Source: Eledone cirrhosa (lineage: Eukaryota). Taken from it: a stretch of DNA of 64,000 nucleotides. The stretch is from contig OZ024740.1 in assembly GCA_964016885.1 (NCBI GenBank), forward strand, positions 262,074,001 through 262,138,000, given 5' to 3'. Of the stretch, positions 11,798-22,200 are shown piece after piece; within the stretch, counting starts at the first letter, position 1, and each line of letters starts with the position of its first letter. The position numbers were made by a program, and so were the translations under genes. The notes under the pieces were generated by a model. The model saw only the letters and a program-made list of their open reading frames with translations, had not been told where the DNA came from and did not search any database.

Positions 11798-12925
11798 ATG
11801 GATAGGAAGACTAGGAAGCTATTGACTATCTACAACATGTTCCACAAGAGGAGTGATGTCGATAGACTCTACTTAAAGAGATCTGAAGATGGAAGAGGTC
11901 TTATCCGCACAGAGGACTGTGTTCAGATGGAGAAAAACAACCTGCACAAATACGTGACTGATAGTAAGGAGCCAATGCTCAGAATTGTACTGAAGGAGAG
12001 GACAATAGACCAGGGGATGTTCAAGGAGGAAATAACAACAAGGAGAAAGAGCAGCCTTCATGAAAAATCCCTTCATAGTACCTTCTTTGAGAAAACTGAA
12101 TTTAGAGATCCACAGACACGGAACTGGTTGAAAAGAGGAGACCTTAAAAAGGCTACAGAAGGAATGCTAATGGCTGCGCAAGAGCAGGCCCTCAAAACGA
12201 AGTGGTTGAAACACCATATTTACAAGGAGGTGGCTAGCCCACTGTGCAGGATCTGTGGAGGAGAGAGAGGAGACTGTGGCTCACATTGTATCCGAGTGTA
12301 AACACCTAGCCCAGACCCACTATAAGGGCTGGAGACACGATGTGATGGGGAGGGTGATCCACTGGCACCTATGCAAAGTAAACAATTTACCACATTCTGG
12401 GAAGTGGTATGAGCATAAGCCAGAGTCGGTGATAGAAAACGATCAGGTGAAGGTGCTGTGGGATTTTAGGATACAGACGGACAATAAACTGGAACACAAT
12501 AGACATGACCTGGTGGTTTTGGACAAGGAAAAAAGATCGTGCCTGATTGTGGATGTGGCCTGCCCATTCGATACGAAAGTGCAAGAGAAGGAGAGGGAGA
12601 AAATTAACCGATACCAGGACTTAAAGTGGGAGGTAAAAAGGATTTGGAACTGCCATGAAGTCAAAGTGGTCCCGATTGTCATAGGCGCACTAGGTACTAT
12701 CTCAAAAAGTTTCCAGGGATGGTTAAAGAAAATTGGCCCCGCCCCGCTTTTTGGAACGCCTCAAAAGCCATGCTTGCTGTGAACAGCAAGAACCCTCCGA
12801 TACGTCCTGAATATCTGAGGCTGCAGGTAGTGGCTTGATATTCATTTAAAACAAACTTCCCAGTTAACTAACATCAATGACTGAGACTCAAAGAACAATA
12901 ATAATAATAATAATATAATAATAAT
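11798..12925 (+). mobile_element. Second, divergent R4/Dong-like family, 5'-truncated, with (AAT)n tail
   Basis: MDRKTRKLL..DVDRLYLKR..GRGLI, CRICG..ETVAHIVSEC (frameshift near 12270), RHD, WDFRIQTD, K..RYQDL and VPIVIGALG. The ORF ends near 12818 and a short 3' UTR leads into an AAT run. It is clearly divergent from copies 1 and 2. Confidence 0.85.
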
Positions 12926-13110
12926 TGTTTCTACTTTATGCACAAGGCCAGCAATTACCAAGTGGATTACTGATACTTTATTTTATCGACCCCGTAAGGA
13001 TGAAAGGCAAAGTCAACCTCGGCGGGATTTGAACTCAGATCGTAAAGGGACGTAACTAGGCTGGAAAGCATGGCGTCCGACCCTCTACCGATACTGCCAA
13101 TCCACCGCTC
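12926..13110 (-). mobile_element. tRNA-derived SINE with CORE-like central domain (resembles octopus OR/OK-type SINEs)
   Basis: On the minus strand: A box TGGCAGTATCGG (13088-13099), B box GAGTTCAAATCC (13025-13036), then GCCTTTCATCCTTACGGGGTCGATAAAATAAAGTA, ending ...AGTAGAAAC plus an (ATT)n tail. The family name is from recall, not a database search. Confidence 0.8.
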
Positions 13111-13111
13111 T

Positions 13112-13145
<34 letters not shown>

Positions 13146-13147
<2 letters not shown>

Positions 13148-13230
13148 TTCTTTATTCGCCACAAGGGCTGACATCAAGAAAAACATTACAGACAGCACAG
13201 GACGGTACAATGTGGGTTTTGTGCGTGTAA
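13146..13230 (-). mobile_element. Very short Tx1-like 3' terminal fragment
   Basis: Minus strand ends GTGGCG-AATAAA-GAAA-(ATT)n. Shares ACAGGAC..TACAA..GG..TTT.TGCGTGTAAAA with the next fragment. Bounded by AAT runs on both sides. Confidence 0.6.
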
Positions 13231-13255
13231 AATAATAATAATAATAATAATAATG

Positions 13256-13443
13256 ATTTCTTTATTAACCACAATGGTTTACACAAAGTAGACATTAAGG
13301 ACAGTACAGGACAATACAGGACAGTACAAATGGGCATTTCTGCGTGTAAAACAAAACAAAAAAAAAGAGGATGTAATAAAAGAACAATGAAAAATTCCCC
13401 AATAGGCGGGAGACATCCGAGGGCCACAGTTGAGAAAGCCCAT
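13256..13443 (-). mobile_element. Tx1-like 3' UTR fragment
   Basis: ATGAAAAATTCCCCAATAGGCGGGAGACATCCGAGGG...GAGAAAGCCCAT closely matches 7964-8021 of element B. The minus strand ends in AATAAA plus (ATT)n. Confidence 0.75.
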
Positions 13444-13475
13444 AAAAAAAAAAAAAAAAAAAAAAAAATAATAAT

Positions 13476-14931
13476 GATTTCATTTATTAGCCACCAGGGC
13501 CGACATGTAGGGGACAATACAAAGACAGGGACAGTGGGGGTTTACAATAAGGTGGAGTAAAAGTGCACAATAGCAAGACTAATTTAACAATGAAAATATA
13601 AAAATATAAAATAAACTATGCATAAATATAACAAAATAAATTCCCCAATAGGGGGTGGACGACCCTGGGGTGCTTCAGGTACCCCACCAATTCTGAACAC
13701 CCTGCGCTTCTAGGGCACCCAGGGCGAGCACCCCTCTCCTCAAGTTAGCTAGCCTATAGGCGCATGGTCAGAGTAGGCCCATTCACACGAGCCATTCTCG
13801 CCACATTCACCCACCTTTTAGCAAATTTACTGGGGGGCAGCACTTCTCTCTCCACCCTCACCTTCCTTTCCAGGTGAAACTTGAAGAAGTTGATGAGGGA
13901 TTGGCCGAAGATAAAAGTGTCTGTCTTTAGTCCTTTCAACCTGGTCCACCATATAATCTCTTTCGCAACTGCCACCAGAAAGAGGAAAATTTCCTGCTCT
14001 TCCTGACCTAAGGAAGGCGGTGGATCGATCTTCACTATGGACTCGGCCGACAGTAGCTGTTCGACATAACTCCACAAGTCCGTAATGCACGGACATTGGA
14101 CAAGTGCGTGCAGAACGGTTTCGTCGTTCTGTGCGCATCTTGGGCAGGTCCGTCTGACAGCACTTCCGTGCCTGTAGAGTTTATCCTGAACCGGCAGTGC
14201 CCCCCGGTAGCACTGCCAAGCGAGGGATTTCTGGAAATTGTCCATCATCCCCGGCTCAAAAGTCCTCCGGTACAGACTGGTCAGTTCAACTTCGTCGAGG
14301 CCCAAAGCTTCTCCGAGTGCGTCATCGCACTTGCCCACCATTAATCCTCTATAGAACTCGAGAGTGGAAGTTCCACTGATCGCATTGCCCGCTTGGTAGA
14401 AGGCAGTGAGTGCCTGGCAACATTCCAAGTGCCAGTCACCCAGTCTCGGTCTCTTCTTGACCCAGGATTGCAGCTCAGTCAAAGAAATGAGCTGCGGAAA
14501 GGCCCGTCTGATAAACGGCGACTACACCTGTTCACCGTTGAGGCAGAATATCTGGAGATGTCGCAGCCTCAACGCATGTCTCCGCATCATTAGCCACAGC
14601 ATGTCCAGCCCTTCGCGTAGTGGGTGCTGGCAGCAGATGGACCGCCTCACCAACGGAACTTGTCCTCTCCACAAGAATTTGAAGAAGAGCCGTTCCAGCT
14701 TGACGAGGCGCGGACGGGGGCAAGGTACGACGGTCAGGCGGTAGTAGATGACGGACGCGATGTACGCATTCGCCACCTCCGCGCGACCTTTCAGTGATAG
14801 CTTCCTCCCAGCCCATTTTTGGGTGAGACTGGCTACTCTGCTCGTTACCTCGTCCCAATTCTTTTCCATCTGGAGGTCTGGTCCGAACTAAAACCCGAGC
14901 AACTTTACCGGTCCGTCCGTCCAGCGCCCCA
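13476..14931 (-). mobile_element. 5'-truncated Tx1-like element C (ORF2 C-terminus plus 3' UTR)
   Basis: ORFs 14522-14869 and 13754-14482 are close paralogs of 8085-9289, including CPRCAQNDETVLHALVQC. Truncated at the GRWTDG segment next to TAATAAT. The 3' end has AATAAA plus (ATT)n. Confidence 0.88.
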
Positions 14932-14939
14932 CTTAATAA

Positions 14940-15251
14940 TGCAAATCATATATGCCTTTTCACGATCGAATTGGAAGCTCCCTCTTCGGCAGGCATTTAG
15001 TCCGTTTTATCCAACGTCGTTCATTCTGGAGACAGTGAGGCATAGTAATAGATTTACCCGTCATCACGTGACTTTTCATAAAAGAGGTAGGTCAAGTTGG
15101 CCGAACTGTTGGCGGTAAATTGCTGGCCATAGGCAAGTCCCTAGCAGGACTGAAAAAGCCCTGTCCGTAATGCTCACGCTTAAGTATCAAGCGATGGCAT
15201 TACTCGAAATAGAGTTGCAGCCATCATCATCATGTATGAATGTATGCATGT
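14940..15251 (+). mobile_element. Degenerate LINE-like 3' end (CR1/L2-group-like) with (TATG)n-like tail, copy 1
   Basis: FYPTSFILETVRHSNR resembles the SF..RT...WN.LP C-terminus of CR1/L2-group ORF2. The last ~130 bp are repeated at 15549-15675. Confidence 0.4.
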
Positions 15252-15548
15252 AAAAGGACGGTTATCTTAGATAACCTGCGGGATGAAAAATAAAACCCGT
15301 CAAAAGCTGGAGGAACGGCCATCTACTATTTTTTTTGTAGAGCGAGAAACTCCTAGTCTTCATTAATACATCTCTCTAGGAGAAGATCACTCTGATATAA
15401 AACCTGCGACTTCCTGCTTCCAATGATGTAGACCAAGCCTTCTATTTGGGCAAATGCATTCCATGTTAAGAGAGTGTGATTGGCCCCATACAAAGCCTTT
15501 CCTCACATAAAAAGGTTCAAGCACAGGCATCGCTTGATATGTGACATA

Positions 15549-15675
15549 TTGCTGCCCATAGGTATGTCCCGAGCAGGACTAAAAACTCACGTTCTTGAAG
15601 TTCATACTTAAGTATCAAGCGATGGCATTACTCGAGTTGCAGTCATCAGGTATGTATGTTTGTATGTATGTATGT
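15549..15675 (+). repeat. Diverged direct repeat of 15120-15251 ending in (TATG)n
   Basis: Identical 29-mer CTTAAGTATCAAGCGATGGCATTACTCGA at 15179-15207 and 15607-15635, with flanking similarity. Confidence 0.8.
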
Positions 15676-15965
15676 TTAATTTTAATATATATAATTTTTA
15701 ATATATATATATATTTCCAATAATTCACACCTAACCTACGTTCACCTGGACGCTGGGGGTTGGGGGGGGGGGGGGGGTCAGTGTTATATCTGGGGTCAAA
15801 GGTCACGGTGAGGAAAATAACGACAAAAAAAAGACTTGTTTTAATAATTTGTTTCCCTTTGTTTTGTTTTTGGTTTTGTTTTCCGATATTTTTAACATTT
15901 TTGTTGTTGTTGTTGGTTCTGGGACAAAAACTTAAAAATAATAATAATATTATTATTAATAATGA

Positions 15966-16250
15966 TTGTTACTTTATTGGCCACAGGGGCCTCGGTGTAG
16001 GGGAGGTACGAAGATAGGGTCAGTGGAGGGGAGGTTACAATAGAATTGAGTCAAAAGTGAACATGAGAAAGACAATATAAGAAAGATACCCCAGGGAGGG
16101 GAGAAGCACCCAGAGGCGACTCAGGAATCTCCCCCCCCCGCCAATCCTGAGCCACCCGACGTTCCGAGCGTATACCCTCTCTTCTTTAAATCAACCAGCT
16201 TACAGGCGCATGTTCAGGGTAGATCCAATCACACGGGCCATTCTTGCTGT
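15966..16250 (-). mobile_element. Tx1-like 3' fragment D adjoining the satellite
   Basis: Minus strand encodes ARMARVIGSTLNMRL*, paralogous to ARMARVNGPTLTMRL* of element C. Ends GTGGCC-AATAAA next to an AAT/ATT tract. Confidence 0.75.
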
Positions 16251-16276
16251 ATTGATAATAGATATAAACATTTGCG

Positions 16277-19200
16277 AGTCTAGGCCACTGTCTTGGACAG
16301 TCTTGAAGTCTGGGACACTGTCTCAGACATGGTAGGTCACTGTCTCAGACATGCTCGGACGGGTTCAGATGGGCTTGGATACTCTTGAAGTCTAGGACAC
16401 TGTCTCACACAGGCTCGGACAGTCTTGAAGTCTAGGACACTGTCTCACACAGGCTCGGACAGTCTTGAAGTCTAGGACACTGTCTCAGACAGGCTGGGAC
16501 AGTCTTGAAGTCAAGGACACTGTTTCAGACAGGCTCGGACAGTCTTGAAGTCAAGGACACTGTTTCAGACAGGCTCGGACAGTCTTGAAGTCAAGGACAC
16601 TGTCTCAGACAGGCTCGGACAGTCTTGAAGTCTAGGACACTGTCTCAGACAGGCTCGGACAGTCTTGAAGTCTAGGACACTGTCTCAGACAGGCTCGGAC
16701 AGTCTTGAAGTCTAGGACACTGTTTCAGACAGGCTCGGACAGTCTTGAAGTCAAGGACACTGTCTCAGACAGGCTCGGACAGTCTTGAAGTCAAGGACAC
16801 TGTCTCAGACAGGCTGGGACAGTCTTGAAGTCTAGGACACTGTTTCAGACAGGCTCGGACAGTCTTGAAGTCAAGGACACTGTCTCAGACAGGCTCGGAC
16901 AGTCTTGAAGTCTAGGACACTGTTTCAGACAGGCTCGGACAGTCTTGAAGTCAAGGACACTGTCTCAGACAGGCTAGGACAGTCTTGAAGTCTAGGACAC
17001 TGTCTCAGACAGGCTCGGACAGTCTTGAAGTCTAGGACACTGTTTCAGACAGGCTCGGACAGTCTTGAAGTCAAGGACACTGTCTCAGACAGGCTAGGAC
17101 AGTCTTGAAGTCTAGGACACTGTCTCAGACAGGCTCGGACAGTCTTGAAGTCTAGGACACTGTTTCAGACAGGCTCGGACAGTCTTGAAGTCAAGGACAC
17201 TGTTTCAGACAGGCTCGGACAGTCTTGAAGTCAAGGACACTGTTTCAGACAGGCTCGGACAGTCTTGAAGTCTAGGACACTGTCTCAGACAGGCTGGGAC
17301 AGTCTTGAAGTCTAGGACACTGTCTCAGACAGGCTCGGACAGTCTTAAAGTCTAGGACAATGTCTCAGACAGGCTGGGACAGTCTTGAAGTCAAGGACAC
17401 TGTTTCAGACAGGCTCGGACAGTCTTGAAGTCTAGGACACTGTCTCAGACAGGCTCGGACAGTCTTGAAGTCTAGGACAATGTCTCAGACAGGCTCGGAC
17501 AGTCTTGAAGTCTAGGACACTGTCTCAGACAGGCTAGGACAGTCTTGAAGTCTAGGACAATGTCTCAGACAGGCTTGGACAGTCTTGAAGTCTAGGACAA
17601 TGTCTCAGACAGGCTCGGACAGTCTTGAAGTCTAGGACACTGTCTCAGACAGGCTCGGACAGTCTTGAAGTCTAGGACAATGTCTCAGACAGGCTTGGAC
17701 AGTCTTGAAGTCTAGGACACTGTTTCAGACAGGCTAGGACAGTCTTAAAGTCTAGGACACTGTCTCAGACAGGCTCGGACAGTCTTGAAGTCTAGGACAC
17801 TGTCTCAGACAGGCTTGGACAGTCTTGAAGTCTAGGACAATGTCTCAGACAGGCTCGGACAGTCTTGAAGTCTAGGACAATGTCTCAGACAGGCTCGGAC
17901 AGTCTTGAAGTCTAGGACAATGTCTCAGACAGGCTCGGACAGTCTTGAAGTCTAGGACAATGTCTCAGACAGGCTCGGACAGTCTTGAAGTCTAGGACAA
18001 TGTCTCAGACAGGCTCGGACAGTCTTGAAGTCTAGGACAATGTCTCAGACAGGCTCGGACAGTCTTGAAGTCTAGGACAATGTCTCAGACAGGCTTGGAC
18101 AGTCTTGAAGTCTAGGACAATGTCTCAGACAGGCTCGGACAGTCTTGAAGTCTAGGACACTGTCTCAGACAGGCTCGGACAGTCTTGAAGTCTAGGACAC
18201 TGTCTCAGACAGGCTCGGACAGTCTTGAAGTCTAGGACACTGTCTCAGACAGGCTCGGACAGTCTTGAAGTCTAGGACACTGTCTCAGACAGGCTCGGAC
18301 AGTCTTGAAGTCTAGGACAATGTCTCAGACAGGCTCGGACAGTCTTGAAGTCTAGGACAATGTCTCAGACAGGCTCGGACAGTCTTGAAGTCTAGGACAC
18401 TGTCTCAGACAGGCTCGGACAGTCTTGAAGTCTAGGACAATGTCTCAGACAGGCTCGGACAGTCTTGAAGTCTAGGACAATGTCTCAGACAGGCTCGGAC
18501 AGTCTTGAAGTCTAGGACACTGTCTCAGACAGGCTCGGACAGTCTTGAAGTCTAGGACAATGTCTCAGACAGGCTCGGACAGTCTTGAAGTCTAGGACAA
18601 TGTCTCAGACAGGCTCGGACAGTCTTGAAGTCTAGGACAATGTCTCAGACAGGCTCGGACAGTCTTGAAGTCTAGGACAATGTCTCAGACAGGCTCGGAC
18701 AGTCTTGAAGTCTAGGACACTGTCTCAGACAGGCTCGGACAGTCTTGAAGTCTAGGACAATGTCTCAGACAGGCTCGGACAGTCTTGAAGTCTAGGACAA
18801 TGTCTCAGACAGCCTCGGACAGTCTTGAAGTCTAGGACACTGTTTCAGACAGGCTCGGACAGTCTTGAAGTCTAGGACACTGTCTCAGACAGGCTCGGAC
18901 AGTCTTGAAGTCTAGGACAATGTCTCAGACAGGCTAGGACAGTCTTGAAGTCTAGGACACTGTCTCAGACAGGCTTGGACAGTCTTGAAGTCTAGGACAC
19001 TGTCTCAGACAGGCTCGGACAGTCTTGAAGTCTAGGACACTATCTCAGACAGGCTCGGACAGTCTTGAAGTCAAGGACACTGTCTCAGACAGGCTCGGAC
19101 AGTCTTGAAGTCTAGGACACTGTCTCAGACAGGCTCGGACAGTCTTGAAGTCTAGGACACTGTTTCAGACATGCTCGGACAGTCTTGAAGTCTAGGACAC

Positions 19201-22200
19201 TGTCTCAGACAGGCTCGGACAGTCTTGAAGTCTAGGACACTGTCTCAGACAGGCTCGGACAGTCTTGAAGTCTAGGACACTGTCTCAGACAGGCTAGGAC
19301 AGTCTTGAAGTCTAGGACACTGTCTCAGACAGGCTCGGACAGTCTTGAAGTCTAGGACACTGTTTCAGACATGCTCGGACAGTCTTGAAGTCTAGGACAC
19401 TGTCTCAGACAGGCTCGGACAGTCTTGAAGTCTAGGACACTGTTTCAGACATGCTCGGACAGTCTTGAAGTCTAGGACACTGTCTCAGACAGGCTCGGAC
19501 AGTCTTGAAGTCTAGGACACTGTCTCAGACAGGCTCGGACAGTCTTGAAGTCTAGGACACTGTCTCAGACAGGCTTGGACAGTCTTGAAGTCTAGGACAC
19601 TGTCTCAGACAGGCTCGGACAGTCTTGAAGTCTAGGACACTATCTCAGACAGGCTCGGACAGTCTTGAAGTCAAGGACACTGTCTCAGACAGGCTCGGAC
19701 AGTCTTGAAGTCTAGGACACTGTCTCAGACAGGCTAGGACAGTCTTGAAGTCTAGGACACTGTCTCAGACAGGCTCGGACAGTCTTGAAGTCTAGGACAC
19801 TGTCTCAGACAGGCTTGGACAGTCTTGAAGTCTAGGACAATGTCTCAGACAGGCTCGGACAGTCTTGAAGTCTAGGACACTGTCTCAGACAGGCTCGGAC
19901 AGTCTTGAAGTCTAGGACACTGTTTCAGACATGCTCGGACAGTCTTGAAGTCTAGGACACTGTCTCAGACAGGCTCGGACAGTCTTGAAGTCTAGGACAC
20001 TGTTTCAGACATGCTCGGACAGTCTTGAAGTCTAGGACACTGTCTCAGACAGGCTCGGACAGTCTTGAAGTCTAGGACACTGTCTCAGACAGGCTCGGAC
20101 AGTCTTGAAGTCTAGGACACTGTCTCAGACAGGCTCGGACAGTCTTGAAGTCTAGGACACTGTCTCAGACAGGCTCGGACAGTCTTGAAGTCTAGGACAC
20201 TGTTTCAGACATGCTCGGACAGTCTTGAAGTCTAGGACACTGTCTCAGACAGGCTCGGACAGTCTTGAAGTCTAGGACACTGTTTCAGACATGCTCGGAC
20301 AGTCTTGAAGTCTAGGACACTGTCTCAGACAGGCTCGGACAGTCTTGAAGTCTAGGACACTGTCTCAGACAGGCTCGGACAGTCTTGAAGTCTAGGACAC
20401 TGTCTCAGACAGGCTTGGACAGTCTTGAAGTCTAGGACACTGTCTCAGACAGGCTCGGACAGTCTTGAAGTCTAGGACACTATCTCAGACAGGCTCGGAC
20501 AGTCTTGAAGTCAAGGACACTGTCTCAGACAGGCTCGGACAGTCTTGAAGTCTAGGACACTGTCTCAGACAGGCTAGGACAGTCTTGAAGTCTAGGACAC
20601 TGTCTCAGACAGGCTCGGACAGTCTTGAAGTCTAGGACACTGTCTCAGACAGGCTTGGACAGTCTTGAAGTCTAGGACAATGTCTCAGACAGGCTCGGAC
20701 AGTCTTGAAGTCTAGGACACTGTCTCAGACAGGCTTGGACAGTCTTGAAGTCTAGGACAATGTCTCAGACAGGCTCGGACAGTCTTGAAGTCTAGGACAC
20801 TATCTCAGACAGGCTCGGACAGTCTTGAAGTCAAGGACACTGTCTCAGACAGGCTCGGACAGTCTTGAAGTCTAGGACACTGTCTCAGACAGGCTCGGAC
20901 AGTCTTGAAGTCTAGGACACTGTCTCAGACAGGCTCGGACAGTCTTGAAGTCTAGGACACTGTCTCAGACAGGCTTGGACAGTCTTGAAGTCTAGGACAA
21001 TGTCTCAGACAGGCTCGGACAGTCTTGAAGTCTAGGACACTGTCTCAGACAGGCTCGGACAGTCTTGAAGTCTAGGACACTGTTTCAGACAGGCTAGGAC
21101 AGTCTTGAAGTCTAGGACACTGTCTCAGACAGGCTCGGACAGTCTTGAAGTCTAGGACACTATCTCAGACAGGCTCGGACAGTCTTGAAGTCAAGGACAC
21201 TGTCTCAGACAGGCTCGGACAGTCTTGAAGTCTAGGACACTGTCTCAGACAGGCTAGGACAGTCTTGAAGTCTAGGACACTGTCTCAGACAGGCTCGGAC
21301 AGTCTTGAAGTCTAGGACACTGTCTCAGACAGGCTTGGACAGTCTTGAAGTCTAGGACAATGTCTCAGACAGGCTCGGACAGTCTTGAAGTCTAGGACAC
21401 TGTCTCAGACAGGCTTGGACAGTCTTGAAGTCTAGGACAATGTCTCAGACAGGCTCGGACAGTCTTGAAGTCTAGGACACTATCTCAGACAGGCTCGGAC
21501 AGTCTTGAAGTCAAGGACACTGTCTCAGACAGGCTCGGACAGTCTTGAAGTCTAGGACACTGTCTCAGACAGGCTCGGACAGTCTTGAAGTCTAGGACAC
21601 TGTCTCAGACAGGCTCGGACAGTCTTGAAGTCTAGGACACTGTCTCAGACAGGCTTGGACAGTCTTGAAGTCTAGGACAATGTCTCAGACAGGCTCGGAC
21701 AGTCTTGAAGTCTAGGACACTGTCTCAGACAGGCTCGGACAGTCTTGAAGTCTAGGACACTGTCTCAGACAGGCTTGGACAGTCTTGAAGTCTAGGACAC
21801 TGTCTCAGACAGGCTCGGACAGTCTTGAAGTCTAGGACACTGTCTCAGACAGGCTCGGACAGTCTTGAAGTCTAGGACACTGTCTCAGACAGGCTTGGAC
21901 AGTCTTGAAGTCTAGGACACTGTCTCAGACAGGCTCGGACAGTCTTGAAGTCTAGGACACTGTCTCAGACAGGCTTGGACAGTCTTGAAGTCTAGGACAC
22001 TGTCTCAGACAGGCTCGGACAGTCTTGAAGTCTAGGACAATGTTTCAGACAGGCTAGGACAGTCTTGAAGTCTAGGACACTGTCTCAGACAGGCTCGGAC
22101 AGTCTTGAAGTCTAGGACACTGTCTCAGACAGGCTTGGACAGTCTTGAAGTCTAGGACACTGTCTCAGACAGGCTCGGACAGTCTTGAAGTCTAGGACAA

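Noticed and set aside
13025-13110. Functional tRNA gene
   Set aside because: A and B boxes are present but spaced too widely, with no convincing cloverleaf, and the sequence runs into a SINE core and tail.
15755-15778. G-quadruplex regulatory element flanking the satellite (also G-runs at ~957-976 and ~62141-62162)
   Set aside because: These are simple poly-G runs with no evidence of function, and homopolymer length is unreliable.
2091-16250. Target-site duplications for individual elements
   Set aside because: Junctions fall in AAT repeats, so TSDs cannot be distinguished from the microsatellite.
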